Source of the DNA: the human T2T-CHM13v2.0 reference genome, Homo sapiens
Assembly (NCBI RefSeq): GCF_009914755.1
Contig: NC_060931.1
Reading direction: 5' to 3' (one strand)
Length of the DNA: 64,000 bases
In this document: piece after piece, positions 12,361 through 26,289 of the stretch
Layout: every line of letters starts with the position of its first letter
How positions within the stretch are numbered: the stretch's first letter is position 1
Made by a program: the position numbers and the translations under genes
The notes under the pieces: generated by a model
The model's database searches: none
The model's input: only the letters and a program-made list of their open reading frames with translations
Told to the model about the DNA's origin: nothing

Positions 12361-14734
12361 TCAGTGATCCTCTCAGATCATTAAATTGACATTTTTGTAT
12401 AGCATCATAAATCAACCATATAAGTAATCCTTTTCTACTTAGTTTTATTCATTAATTTAATATGTATTTTTATATACTGGACTAATTTCTGGGCACACTA
12501 ATACATGCAATAGTCATGGACTCTGGCTTCACAGTTTCCCTCCTTTAAAGTGAAACATATATTTCTTTCTAAACAGGCATTTAGACAATCACATAAGTTT
12601 AAAATATAATTTGACAAAGGTACAAAGACAATGTAAAAATATTTTCCTCTACTTTTTCAGGTTACTGATTTTACTTAGAAGATAATTTATGGTAAGGGTA
12701 AAGTATTTAGGAAAAAACATATTTCCATTACAAAAACATAATGAAAGTATAAACTCTTCCAGAATGTAAATAATACTTAGCAAATCTTAACACAGGGAGG
12801 AGTTTCTATTATTTGATTTTGACATTGCTGAGGGATTCTATTTGGTTAAGTAACTGAAGAAATGTCAATATTATGTAAACTCTTACTTACAAATCATCTA
12901 AATTGCTTAGAACAGAGAGAATACATTAACTATAACCACTGAAGCCAACGTATTCTGATATTTTCAGCACATGTTAATATTCAACATTAGTGGAGACAAA
13001 ATAGTGTGTTGAAGTAGTAGCAGAAAATTAATATTTTCTTCTTCCCCTGCTACGTTATGTTTTTAACTATATCATAAAAGTCAAAAATGCTTGAGAGCAT
13101 TTGCTTTTACCAGTACCTTCCAGGGAAACTACAATAATAAATTTTAGTAATAACAGTAATAATGTACACTCATAAACACATACATGCATTTATTGAGTAT
13201 ATATAGCATATATTTATATATATATATGTATATAAAATATAGAAAGGGAATTTGCTACTGTCAGAGAAAGGCATGCATTCCATAGAGTGTTTTACTTACT
13301 GGATACAATCTACCCTTGTGACTACCAAAATGAAAGAAACACCATGCATCTTTAGTATTCCTATACCAAGTCGACCTTACTCCTTTCAGGGTCTATAAGC
13401 ACATGCATTTAAATTGAGCATCTGCATTAACAGGAAAGTCTTCAGCAATAGCCTTGATGCTCCAAATCATGTGTTTTTGCAGCTGCTTTATGCTAGACGG
13501 AGCATGAAAGACTTTGCTCTATGGCCTTTACACACTCCATTCTCCAAATAACAAATTGGCTTTGCAGAAGCAGAGGAAGAGTAAGCAATGAAGTACTGTC
13601 ACTTGGAGAGATTTGTACTAAAATCATCAACAACGTTGAAAGCTTTACCCAAACACTTAGGAGAAGAAAAGGTATTCACATTTTGGAATTTAATTGCAAT
13701 TATACTCTAGGAAATGCTGCTTTTGCTACTCCTCCAACTTTTGACAGGGATAAAAGAAAAAGATTAATCACTAAGTAAAGAATTTGCAATGCATTAGCTA
13801 CTAGATTCCATTGTTATAACTACACCCACTTCTGTAGAGATAGAATAATTTTCTTTCTTAGCTATTCCTTTACCTTTATTATGTAGAATGGAGTGAGAAT
13901 TAGGGAGAGAGGTAGCAGAAGCCTAGAGCTGCCAAACTGCTGTAAATAGAAGAAAGGAAAAAGAAAAATAGGGAATGAGGAAAAGACAATCAATGTGTAT
14001 GGAAAAGTACCTCCAGAGATCAAACTTTAGGCATTAATCATAACAAGTACCCCATATACTTGTTATGCAAAGGAAAATGAAATTTCCTGGTTTGTAACCA
14101 CTATTGGGATCTGAGCAAGAGTAATTTGAAAGACAAGAGAGATCTGAGGTAGATGATAATGTGTCTACACAGTGGTAGCAAATGAGGACCATGGTGGAGA
14201 AGACTGGTTTGGGGCCTCTGGGTGAGAAAAGTAATTAACAGAGTTAATTCCATTAAGGGCTTAGAAATCCCAAAACTGTTATTTCCATCAGAGACAGGTA
14301 AACATGTCTGTGTGTGGAGGGTGCAAAAATGGCACAGAAATGTGAACAAATCCATGTGAAGTCCCTGCTTTTCTTCATGAAAGAAAAGTATGGCAGCTTA
14401 GAGTTGGGATTTATTTGTAGTTAGTACATAAGGACCATAGTCTCAATTTGAGAGGTATTTATGGGGAACAGGTCATAGAATGGACAAGATGCACACAGAA
14501 AATTGTCTGGGGAACACTAAGAACTCGACTGAGGTTGCAGAACATGAATTAACGTGTTCATTTGCCAAATGTGTTCATTAGCTCAGAAAAAAAAAGATAG
14601 CAGATGAGTGAGTACTTACAAGTCATAGGTGAGGAAAGGAAAAAAAAAATACAAGGAAATCTATAGGTTGGAGAAAGGTGGCGGGACATATAACCAGGAA
14701 AGAGGCTGATAGATTGGAAAAGTTGTATAGAAAT

Positions 14735-14900
14735 GGGCTTTGGTTTCAGTCTAATGTGGGTTCATATCTAATCTCATCTTCTTACTAATTATTTGATCCT
14801 AGGCAAATCACTTAAACTTATTTCAGTTTCCTCATCCATACAATAAAGATGATAGTATTTGCCTGATAGGATTTTTGTGAGGATTAAATTAAATGATAAT
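14735..14900 (+). mobile_element. MIR SINE
   Basis: MIR core: gatcctaggcaaatcacttaa...tcagtttcctcatcc...gtgaggattaaatt. Confidence 0.8.
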
Positions 14901-15228
14901 AGTTGACTATTACATTCATTATTAAAAAGAGAGGTAAAGGTGCGACAGACCTCAGAACGTTAATGGAGGCCTTTTCTCTGTCCTGCTGCATTCCTTCTTT
15001 TGCTTGGTGATGCCCAAAGCACCTATCGGACCAGAGTCTAGCTCACGCCTTCCTCTCAGGAAAGCTCCCTACTTCTCCTTTCTACTATTTCACAGCTCTG
15101 AAATTTAACCCTTGTTTCCATCAGAGGGTCTGTTTCCCCACTTCATAGCATAATGAAACTCCTTACTGCAGTTCTTTGTTTTCTCAGGAATTTCTTTTCT
15201 TTTTTACTTGTATAATCATTAGATTTCC

Positions 15229-15570
15229 TTTCTTTCTTTTTATTTTATTATTATTATACTTTAAGTTTTAGGGTACATGTGCACAATGTGCAGGTTAGTT
15301 ACATATGTATACATGTGCCATGCTGGTGTGCTGCACCCATTAACTCGTCATTTAGCATTAGGTATATCTCCTAAAGCTATCCCTCCCCGCTACCCCCACC
15401 CCACAACAGGCCCCAGAGTGTGATGTTCCCCTTCCTGTGTCCATGTGTTCTCATTGTTCAATTCCCAACTATGAGTGAGAATATGCGGTGTTTGGTTTTT
15501 TGTTCTTGCGATAGTTTACTGAGAATGATGATTTCCAATTTCATCCATGTCCCTACAAAGGACATGAACT
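15229..15570 (-). mobile_element. Young L1 (L1PA2/L1PA3-like), 5'-truncated 3' end
   Basis: Near-consensus reverse L1PA 3' UTR (tatactttaagttttagggtacatgtgcac...cattaactcgtcatttagc) and ORF2 C-terminus (FVGTWMKLEIIILSKLSQEQKTKHRIFSLIVGN). Confidence 0.95.
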
Positions 15571-15579
15571 TGTCTTGGA

Positions 15580-16045
15580 AATACCAACTCAAATACATCT
15601 TCTTCACTAAACCTAGAACCATCTTTCCAGAATCTGTCTTGTCTAAAACCCTACAAAAAAGTTTACATTGTTTTAGCATGACTCAAGCCTATCACCCAGC
15701 TTCATTCTCTAGCATACTGCCAGAGTCTTTTCTAACAGTAGATATACTAAATTTTTTAAGATTCCTAGAAATCACCATGTTTATCATATCTCTGTGTCTT
15801 TTCTGGAGTCCTTGTTTTCTTCTCGTCTCCCTAGTAAAGCCTTCAAGATTCATACCAAACTCTAAAACTTTCTTCAGACTGAGTAACTGCTGCTATGAGT
15901 ATCATAGCTCCGGGATGTATCTCCTATTATAGCATTTATCATACTGAGTTTTAATCACTGTTTTTCTTATCTTTAGCCCCTACTAAACCATGAAAATCGT
16001 GGAAGCTTTGTCTTATTTCTGTACGCATAGAACCTGGCATAAACA
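15580..16045 (+). mobile_element. L2 LINE 3' region, degraded
   Basis: Pyrimidine-rich L2-like body ending gtcttatttctgtac...agaacctggcata. Confidence 0.55.
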
Positions 16046-16049
16046 ATGA

Positions 16050-16190
16050 TACAATTAACCTCATAACAACCACATGGGATATGTATCTTTCTTATCTTTG
16101 CTATTTTGCAGAAGAGGAAACCATGAGATGAAGAGGTTAAGTTACTTGCCCAAGGACACAGACTTTCAAGGTGTAGAACTAAGACATGAC
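16050..16190 (-). mobile_element. MIR SINE
   Basis: attttgcagaagaggaaac...gaggttaagttacttgcccaaggacacag. Confidence 0.8.
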
Positions 16191-17800
16191 TAGATTACCT
16201 TATCTGTCCAGTCCTCCCCAAAACTTTTACTAGCTTCTCAATCTAAAGCTTGTCACATCATAGATGCCCTATAAATATATGAACAATTAAATAATGTGTA
16301 CATTACAAATAAGGCTTACGATAAAATCATCCCTGATATTCATTTGTCATTGGCCCTGCTAGGGTGGTATCTTCTTTCATGCAATTTTTGATATCTCTGT
16401 TCTCTGTAAACTTTAAAACGATTCTGCACCACAGATCTTGCATTCATTCACTTAAATATTTATTACTCAATGAATTTACATCCCTTCTTTCAAGTTATGC
16501 CTAAGAGAGTACAGTTGAAAAATTCCATTCATTAGGAGATTGGGGAATCTCAAGAATGGGCTTCACTAGACAGCTGCTCTGGTCTTAGTTACTGAGCTCC
16601 TTCCAAGGACCAAGGAAAGTACCTTGGAGAGAAAGACTTGGCAACAGAATCAACATTCATTTTCTCCCTTTCTCCATTCCTTTCTCCGTATAATCTAGCA
16701 CAAAAGTTAACCCAGTTTTTCCAACACCCTCTGCCTCTACTACCACTGCTACTTCACCAGTGGGAAATTGAACAAAAAGAGAAGTGCTGGTAGAGAAGAG
16801 AAAAAGTCTGGGTAGAATCAATGAGAACAAGCTCAAGACTGGGTCTGCAGCAGTAGAAGGTCAAAAACTGCCTAAAAAACAAAACCCACCTCTATCATCA
16901 GTTACTAGAGTGCCAACATACACCGTATTTAAGATACTTAATAGATGCAAGTTTAGCATTTCCAATATGGAAACTATTCACAGGGATAGATAGGATAGAA
17001 GTTATTTTGAGTCCTAAAGACACAGCTATTCACAAACAATTTTAAGTCATACTTGGGGCTAGATTGTTGATCACACTGAATGGACAAGTTAATTTTTTTT
17101 GTAACTGGTCAGTTAAAGATACCTGCCCTAGAGAATAAGCTGGAATATTGCCAGCATTGCTGGCTGGCTCCCAATAGCAATCTGCCTTGGCTCTGTTTAC
17201 TTCTCTACACGTATGGGGCATTAGGTTGTGGGGTGACTGAGATGTCAGCCACATGGCTAACTCCCTTTTCTGCAGTGTGCCTGTAAATAGATTGTTTTCA
17301 TTGCAGTTAGTGGATACTTTGGTCCCTGTTCGAGAAGGACCTCAACTTTTAAGATTTTTTTTTTTTTTTTAGATTCTGTGTATAGATGCACAAAATGTTG
17401 GTAGAAGTTTTATGGGGACCTCTGTAGGAGTTCTTGCCCATAAGAATTTTCTTTTCAAATCACAGTCTTTCCTGCAGTGTCTTAGAGACCAGACTCTCCC
17501 AGGATGCAAGGAAATCATGGAAAGAACACTTTTACCAAGACAAACAGGCAGCATTGAGGTTCAACCTGGAAAGTCATGACAGCAAATCAGGGCAGAAGTC
17601 TATTCCAATCTTGCACAATTTATAACAATGAATACGAGAAAATTACATATAGGATGGCTCAGAAATTGCATTATTGTTCATTAGCTAGGGCATAGTTGGT
17701 ATTACAAGGAAAAACAGTCTTTCTGGAATTTTGTTTTAAGTTTCATTTTTTTCCTGAAGAAAATAAACCATGTTTAAACATGAGCACTGGCATATGGTAC

Positions 17801-18185
17801 TGTTTTAGTCTGCTTAGGCAGCTATAACAAAATACCATAAACTGGGTGGCTAAAACAACAGAAATGTATTGTTTGCAGTTGTGGAGCCTGGGAAGTTCAA
17901 GATCAAGGTGCAACCCAATTTGGTTCCTGGTGTGGGTTTTCTTCCCGGCTTGAATATGGCTGTCTTCTGGTGTTGTCCTCATGGGGAACAGAGAAAGTGT
18001 CTGGTGTTGTCCTCACAGGCAATAGAGAAAGAAGGAGTGCCCTCCTGTCTCTTCATATAAGGACACTAATCCTATGAGGGCCCCACCTTATGACTTTAAT
18101 TATCTCCTTACTCCAAATATAGTGGCTTCAGGGGTTTAGGGCTTTCATATATGAATTTTAAGAAGACTCAACTCAGTTCATTGTA
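17801..18185 (-). mobile_element. MLT1A-family solo LTR (ERVL-MaLR) with an internal 34-bp duplication
   Basis: ttagtctgcttaggcagctataacaaaataccataaactgggtggc...aaggacactaatcc; tctggtgttgtcctca occurs at 17966 and 18000. Confidence 0.85.
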
Positions 18186-18574
18186 GGCACTTTTACAAAA
18201 ATTAAGCCACGTGATATCTAAAGTCATGATGCCAAGATGGCACTCAGGGCAGAGACAAAAATTTGACAGATATGTTCTATTATAGAGATTAGCTCTATAT
18301 CTATTATAAAGATATTTATACAGAAGCATTATAAAGATGTGCTACTTAGAAGTGTCCTATAGATGTATCATAAATGTGTCTCATGGTTGATTCTTCAGAA
18401 ATTATCAGTTTTCTCCTAAATTTCAATGCTACCTTAAGCAATAATTTTATACAAAGGTACTCTATCTACAAATTACTTTTTGCTTTCCTTTGTTTCTTTC
18501 TATATGTTTATTTCTAACTTGGTGGGCTTTTATTCCTGACATTTTTTTATTTGTGGTTATCATCAGATTACTGT

Positions 18575-18927
18575 CATTAGCTAATGGAGCTATTTCATCA
18601 ACACAACAGAGAACCAGATGTGCCTGGGAACTTATTTCTTCAGATAGCCATTGACCAATATTTGACAGGTACAAGGATATAAAAGCCCAGGTCCCTCGAC
18701 TCTATCAGGGTACATCTAGGGGTTAATTTATAATCTAAAGTTCACTGTAGGATCAGGCTGAAGCTACCCTCTAGGGGATTTTGCCTGAGATTGCATCCTT
18801 ATTTGTCTTTTCCCCTCCTTCCTTGTCCTGATCCCCCCAACTTTACCAGTGTTTCCTGAGATCACTTCCTTAACAAATCATTTGCACACCTCATTTTAGG
18901 GTCTTTTTGGGAACACAACCTAAGACA
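18575..18927 (+). mobile_element. LTR16-family solo LTR (ERVL)
   Basis: ggatcaggctgaagctaccctc...cacttccttaacaaatcatttgcac...gggaacacaacctaagaca 3' terminus. Confidence 0.75.
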
Positions 18928-19719
18928 GCATGTGAGATAAGATCCATGACATTATTAAGAAGATACAATGGAGAAGAATAGAAAAATAGCAATTGTTAAA
19001 TGTTACCATTTTTTAGTATGATATCTTTCTAGCTGTCTTTCTGTTCCTACCTCAATGCCTTCTGTTCCTTCCATCCTTATTTGGTTCAGTGTCTCATCCA
19101 AGACTTTTTCCCTCACACTTTGCTCAGTCTGCCTGAGAGACTTAGTCTCACTTGAATTCCCACTTTTTTCTAACAATCCTGTTACTCTCGTAAGCCCCTA
19201 AGCACAATTCTCAGGATTGGTGAGAATACGTTAGGAAGGTGAGGAAGTATAAAGCTGTAGCATTTAAACAACTATGCACAGAGACTTGAACAGCACAGGC
19301 TAATGGCAACACCAGCATAAGAACGGGGTGAATCCGAGGAAATAGGAAGTTGGCAGATGGCAGGAGCAAAAAGAGCTAGAGGGAGTATACCAGAGCAAAT
19401 GAGCATCAGAGATTCATGTTCAGTGCAGGCACACACTATGCACTCAGCGGTGATTCTGCCCCTTATTATAATTATGGTATTAAGGACTGAGAGGTTTGCC
19501 TTCCATCTTCCTGAACTTGACCTTTGTTGAGTTGGAGACTGAACAGTTTTTACTCGTGTTTGTCCCAGATGAAAGAGTGATCTCAAGAGAGTACCAGCTT
19601 TTAGTTTTGTCAAGAAGGAGAAAGTATTCAGGAAAGAGGTCAGGGGATGGAGAGGGAGGAAGTCAGAGGCATGTTTTAAAAAATGTAACAAATTTCATTT
19701 TTAATGGATAAAATATGGT

Positions 19720-20200
19720 TTTTCAGTCTCACCAATCCATGATAGTTACATCCAGGAAGGTAATCAAACAGCCCTATCCTGTCAAATTGACTGCTAACTC
19801 TCCTGTCATTATCGCTTTTCTCTCTCAGTGGCATGTGCTTCTCTTAGCCATTCTGCCATCTTCAATTCTGTCTGCTTTGGATTTCCTGACACTTTCTTGT
19901 GTGTTCTCCCTCTCTGGCCAATCACCCTGTCTCCTTGGTGGATTTATCTTCCTCCGCTTTATGAGAAACAATAAATATTGTTAAGGCCTTTTCCTATCTA
20001 TGTATTTTCCTTTGGTGTCCATACATTGTATCTATGATTTCCACTGTATTTTATAAAATTACAGTAAATAATATACACGTATTTTTCTTTTTTAAGATTA
20101 AATGCTGCATTATTAGGGCAAGAACATGTTTTGTCCTTGCATTCACACTGCCTAGGACATAGAAAGCCTGGTAACAGATATTTTTAAGAAATAAACATTT
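19720..20200 (+). mobile_element. L2 LINE fragments
   Basis: L2 RT-region-like sequence (ctctcagtggcatgtg...tttcctgacac) and 3'-end motif (agggcaagaacatgttttgtc). Confidence 0.6.
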
Positions 20201-21019
20201 AATAAAATATTTCACGTTTCTTTTGAGAAAATGCTTCAAAAATCACATTTTAAAATCTCATAACAGAGAAACATTATATTTGCTCAATCAAATGCTTATG
20301 TATTAATTTAAATATTGTTATCTACTACTTCATAAACAATATAAACCAACAAGATTACCTTAGTAAAAATAGAACACAGCTTTGAGCAAAAATTACATTT
20401 TGATTTATACTTAGATAAGCTTGCCTCATAGACCTTGTAAGATAGTTTTCTTTCTCCCTTAATAAGGAAGTCATATCAGTAGAAAAGTTTATAAATCACT
20501 AATGTGCTAATATTCTGTGAGTCCACCTGAGGTACCTTAGAGGAAAGAATATTCTCCAGTCTTCTTCAGCAGATAAATAAAAGAAATATTTTTGTAAATA
20601 AAAAGGCCAAACCTGTCTTTACAAGCCTTGGACCAAAAATTTTGAAATCTGAGACCTATCTTATATCAATTTGGACATTTAGTCAAAGGAAAAAGAAATT
20701 CCAAATAGTTTCATTACTCACTAAGTTAGCAATTCTAGGAATTTAGAGAGCACATTTGTGCAGGGGCCACACAACATTCCTAGAAGCAGGTGGTGTGTTT
20801 TATGAATTTAACACGTCATTCATTGTACATAGTATAGAATTGTGAGCTCTCGTGCTATTAAAATATTGTGACATTTTAAAAGCTTATCCCTGAAAAAAAG
20901 TTATACATGATATAAATATGGCTTTTTCCTTCTTTCTGATCTACTTTTAATTCTGAGATTTAATGTTCTCTTTCTGTCTCTCTTTTTAAAATCTGCTTAG
21001 TTTTCTAAGTTTAAATTAG

Positions 21020-23070
21020 GAATTCAACCCGTAACTCTCTACTGGTTGTCTAAATACCTCTCAATGCTGTGGGATGCATCAGGTAGTCCATCAGTTTCAT
21101 CACCTTAAAGAAATCTCTCCTGGAGCCTCTGCTTGGCAGCACAGTGGACTAGCCACCCTCTGTTGGTGCAGCTCTCATCCTGAGATCTCACATCACTCTT
21201 ACTCTGGGGATTCCTTTTGCTTCTTCCTGACCTGAATCCCTTCTTTCTGGATTGGCTACTCTTTCTTGGCTAATCATCCTGTTTTACTGAAGTACATCAT
21301 CTAAGAGTTTTCTAAGAAACGGTGCATCAAGCTTAACTTTTTGAGAACTTGCATGTCTGAACCGTGTTTATTCAATGCCCTAAGTTAATTGACACTTTGT
21401 CTGAATACAGAATTCTATATTGGAAAACATTTTCCTCTGAAATTAGATGGCATTTTCTGTTGCCTCCTGGATTTTAGAGTTGAAGCTATGAAGAACAAAG
21501 CAATATTAATCCCTGAAAATTACGTAACCTGTTTTTTCATTTTAATTTTTTTTCCCTGGAACCTCACAGAGCCTTTTATATTTCTCCAGTGTTCTAAAAT
21601 GTTATGATGACCTGCTTTGGTATGAGTTTGTTTTCATCCATTGTACTGGGCTCTCTCAATCTAAAAATACATTTATTTAATTACTAAAAAAAGTATTCAA
21701 TTACTTTATTGATGACTTCTCTCACATATGTTCTGTTTTCTCTTTCTGCAATGCTTATTTTTTGAACTTCTGGGGTGACCTCAGATTTTCTTGTTTTCTC
21801 ATGTATTTTTTTCATCATTTCCCCCTACTTCTGGAATATTTCCTCAACTTTAATTTTTACAACTTCCTCTGAGATTTTTATTCTTCTTCGCATACTTTTA
21901 AATTCAAAGAGCTGTTTTATTTTCTGCTCATTTTTAAAGTAGCAATTTGATCTTGTTTCATGGATGCAATATTTTCTCTGATCTTTATGAAGATCTTTAT
22001 TTTCTTCCAGAATAGTTTGTTTCTTCTAAGTTCCTTCATTTTTGTTTGTTTGGGTTTTTTTTTTTTTTTTTTCGTCTCTATATTTCATTTTAGATGATTT
22101 CCTTAGCTATCCAGTGATCTTGGGTTGTATACTTGTGTTTAAAAGCAGCTCAAGAATGGAATCTCTAAGCCCATGGGTAGAGCTTGTCAACTGTAAGCTT
22201 TGCTATAGAAAGGGTTGGTAGGTTATTTTTTTTTTTTTAGGAAGTCCAGCATCAATATATTTCTTTAGACTAGTCAGATTCCTCTGAGGAGAATATTTCA
22301 ACTGTGTCTCTGGAGAGCTGCCAGCATTCTGAAGCCTTAGGAAAAGAAGGCTAGGTGGCTCTCAATAGAACTGGCATGAATTCAATGATAATGACAGCCT
22401 ATACACATTTCTTCCCAAGTTGACATTCTAGGATATCATGTTGACTGTTAGAAATTGGATGTGGTGGTACAATTTACACCATGGAGGTCGGAAAATCCTA
22501 CAAATCAAGGCTCTTTCTTCCCAGAGAGATGGTTTTTAAACACATAGCAGCACAGCATCTGTCTTGATATTTAATATTTATTGTTTCACTTGTTTCCCTG
22601 ATTTCAGTCCAGTACTTCAGTGCAAAGATACTCTGTTCTACCTACTTCAAAGAAAAAAAAATTATTTCATTATTTTCAGGGATATTGGAGAGGAAGTAGA
22701 AAGGTTATATTGGATAAGGTAGAAGATCTGGGGTTCCAACTGCTTATTAAACAGACTTTTTAACCAAAGTTTTGAATCCAACCTCTGCCCTCACTGATAT
22801 AGGTGCTTGGCACTTTCAATTCCTGAAGCTTTGGAGGAGATTCCATGGAACAAATCAAGTTTTTTCTTGATTTGTGCCTTTGTGGGATTAAGATTTGGCC
22901 ACCTCGGTTCTGCCAAATCAATTACACTCATCCATGTGCTATCCACTTGCCAAGATTAAGTTGCTATTGTTTTCTATCCCCTTCTTATAGTTCAGTGGTT
23001 TGTGCTTTAAAAGTTCTTTTTGTTTTAGAAGGAATAGGAGAATATTTTTAAAATGTGTATATGTTGTCAT
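21020..23070 (-). mobile_element. HAL1 (half-L1) element
   Basis: HAL1-like segments (aagaaatctctcctggagcct, ttttgagaacttgcatgtctgaa, ggaaaacattttcctctga). Confidence 0.7.
22362..22561. mobile_element. MER63A-like hAT-Blackjack element nested in HAL1
   Basis: atttacaccatggaggtcggaaaatcctacaaatcaaggct...ttaaacacatagcagcacagc. Confidence 0.65.
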
Positions 23071-23179
23071 CTATCTTTATTCAACTGAATTTTTAATCAA
23101 CCAGTTAAACCGTGGGAGGGTCCCAAGTAGTCTCATATTGTGGCTGCACGTGGATCAGCTCTGACTACCTCCATGTCCC

Positions 23180-23622
23180 TGTTGGAGGTTAATTGTGACC
23201 TCATAATGATATGTTCAAGCCCCAACCCCCAGCTTTGCGAGTGTGACCTTCTTTGCAAATAGAGTCTTATAAGGTAATATGAGGTCATACTGGATTAGTT
23301 CTTAACCAATCACTAGTGTGCTTGTAAGGGAAGGGGAATTTGGATATAGAGGTGTGGGGAAGACCATGTGACAGTGGTGGCAAAGAATGGAGCAATGCAT
23401 CTGCAAGCCACAGAATGCCCAGGACTGGCAGCAACCACCATGAGCTAAGAAGTGGGGGGGAAAAAAAGGTTTTTTTCTCTAGATCCTTCAGAGGGAACAT
23501 GGTTCTATGGACATATTAATTTTGGACTTCCAGCCTCAAGGACTGTGAGAAATTAAATTTCTGTTGCTTAAGGCAATTCCACTTGTGGTACTTTGTTATG
23601 GCAGCCCTAGAAAACTAATACA
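23180..23622 (+). mobile_element. MLT1C-like solo LTR (ERVL-MaLR)
   Basis: gtgtgaccttctttgcaaatag...gaggtcatactggattag...tttgttatggcagccctagaaaactaataca. Confidence 0.85.
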
Positions 23623-26289
23623 ACCACCAGTGATCTTCTCCCAAGGCTTTACTCATTCCTTGGAGTAGGTGGACAAATAAGGAGAAAGGAAGTCTAGGCC
23701 ATCGGCAGCACTATGACCATTTAAGCATTAAACCCTGCTCCTATGGAGTATATGACAGTTAGGTCCCTGCTTCTGCCAACTCCTGCTCAATTATCTTAGG
23801 TATTCAAGAATTTAGGTTACAACTACACCCTAGTTGTAAAGCCTCAGATATATATATTCAAAGATATTTATACTTAAACATTGGAAGCTGTAAGTGCAGA
23901 TCAGCTTTGGGGTTTCAATATTTCATCCTTGAGATTGGCAATTTTCAATCATAATTGGTAGCAAAGACTTCTTGAGCTAAGATAGCATTTTCATGAAGTA
24001 TTTTCCCAGAATCATATATATTGTCAATATTTACGTAGAATTTTTGTGATTTTTTTTTTGTTTGTTGTCATTAGTGATATTTTGGGAAACAACTTATATC
24101 ATTTGTGGCAATTAATATAAAAATATTTACACAGTGATTATATTTAAAACCTGTTTTCTGCCTAAAGTAATTGAGTACTTAAACATCTAAGGTTAAGAAA
24201 ACCAAGAAAAAGAATAAGTTAGTTATAATAAGACAGATGACCTTTTAAACAAAAACGTTATAACCCATGTCTATACATATAATGAAAATGATTATTTGAT
24301 TTACACTGAATTACTGAACCTATAAAATATATTCTTACATATAATTTTTGTCAGAATTCTTACTATAATGCCCTTTTTGGTAGGAAAAAGTAACTGTCAT
24401 CTAAGTTAGCCTACTGACAATACTGAATATAAATAAAATTTAAAGTCTCTACATAATATACATTATAAAAACTAATCTTTAGCAAATGAGCTATGAAGCA
24501 TTTCTAACTTGGGAAACTCAAACAAAAATAAATCTTGAAAAATAATTTAAAACTTGAAATATCAAAAATCACAAGTGTAGCAACCGATATTTTCATCTAT
24601 TTCTTTGAAGTTAGAATAGAAATACAATATTATCAGGGATTGAATAGGAGCTTTGTTGGAACTGATGATAAGGACTGTTTAAGACTAGCTGGGATTTATG
24701 AGAGATCAGACCATGAAAATCGTTCAAGTAGTAAACTGTCAATTATAAGGTGTGGTTAACAAGAGCACGAAGCTTGGCATAGATAAGTAATATTGCCAAA
24801 ATTTCTTTATAAGTTCAATTTACTATTGATTTTAATATTAAATACTCATTCAATTATCTATACAGGCAAGAAAAGACTGGAAAAGTAAAACCTAAGTCTT
24901 CATTATAAAAGCTATTCTTATCCAAATCTTTAATGTTTTCAACATTTTAACTTACCAACTCCACTTGCAAACTATGACCAATAAAATAAAATATAATCTA
25001 GTTAACATAATTAGGGTCTCAAATTTTTAATAAATCTTTGAAACAAATACATTTTCAGAAAGAGAATATTATCAGAACAAAAAGGATGCAATAACATTTA
25101 AATGAAAAAATGATTTATTAGTGTTCTCTACCTTCAGATAGTCTTTTAGATTTTTTAATGAATTATACTATAAAGGGTTTAAATACGTGAAAAATATGCT
25201 CAAGTGGAGAGGTAAATACTTTTTAGATGATGAAAGTGTCATATCTCTACAAAAATCTTCCAGACAAGGTCTGAGCTTAAAAGAGTATTCAAGTTGCCCA
25301 TTTACCCTCATTATAAGTTAACATTCTGGTAGAGTATTTGAAATCATTCACATAGTAATCATTGGAATGCAACATAAGTGTTTAAAATAGTAATTAAAGA
25401 ATTTACAACTACCAGGAGAAGCAGCTCTTCAGATGACTAGAAAATTACATGCTTGATAAAGGGGATGAAAGGTCATTTCTACCACGGAGCACTCTAACTT
25501 GGCATGCACGTTATGAATAGCATCATGGCCTAAAACTGTACTTCAGTTATTGTGTTAATACATTTGTCCTAGTTTGCCCATGACCTTGCTTTCTTTCTAA
25601 GAGTGACTGATTCATGAAGACATTAACCAAGGTATAGAGGAGTTAATAGCTGTTTCTGTATACTCTTGGTAATTATGGTAATTTGAGCTGCCCGTCAAAA
25701 ACTAGCAAATATGTTTTATAAAATAAACATAAAAGCATATTGTAAGGAGATTCAATTCCTTATGAAGATTAGATCTTGACTTCCAAAAAATTTACAAACA
25801 TTTTGTGAACCCAGGTAATCTATGCATACGAAGAGACTTTAATCTTAAAATAGCCAAGAGTTAGATCATTCATACTTGACTTTAGCTAGTCTATCCAGGA
25901 TATACTGTTATCTGGAAAGATGTCAGAAAAAAGCTGAGCAGAGTGATAGAGACCCTAACCAAGTGGCTGGAATCCATTGAACTGAAATGCTAGGTAGGGA
26001 TACTAAGCAAAAATCAAGTATTAGTATTCTCTCAATAGTGCAAACTCAACTCTAATTGGGTCAAGCATTTAGAAAAGGAAAATTTGGGCATTCGTATGCC
26101 CTTGATTTCTCCCTTTCCCTCCATCTCTCCTTCTCTCCCCTTCCCAAATCTTTATATCGGATTATACTTTCTTCTCTCCATCTGTAGTAAAGCCCACTTA
26201 ATATTTATTTATAATCTAAAAATTATTACATAAATTATTAAATATAGTCATTTTTCTGTATGTATAAACACATCATATTTGAGTTCAAA

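Noticed and set aside
12661-12691. Plus-strand 31-nt exon (tttttcag|...ATG|gtaagg)
   Set aside because: Good-looking sites but isolated, with stops in all frames and no supporting plus-strand partner; such pseudo-exons are common.
13381-13580. Overlapping plus- and minus-strand exon-like segments
   Set aside because: Splice sites are moderate and all frames are closed; cannot be told from chance without RNA data.
15229-15576. Young L1 lacking a TSD (possible target-site deletion)
   Set aside because: A short degenerate TSD (tttctt / tgtctt) could be hidden in the T-rich tail, so absence cannot be claimed.
15420-15932. Longest ORF (170 aa)
   Set aside because: It is an antisense read of the L1PA 3' end running into L2-like sequence.
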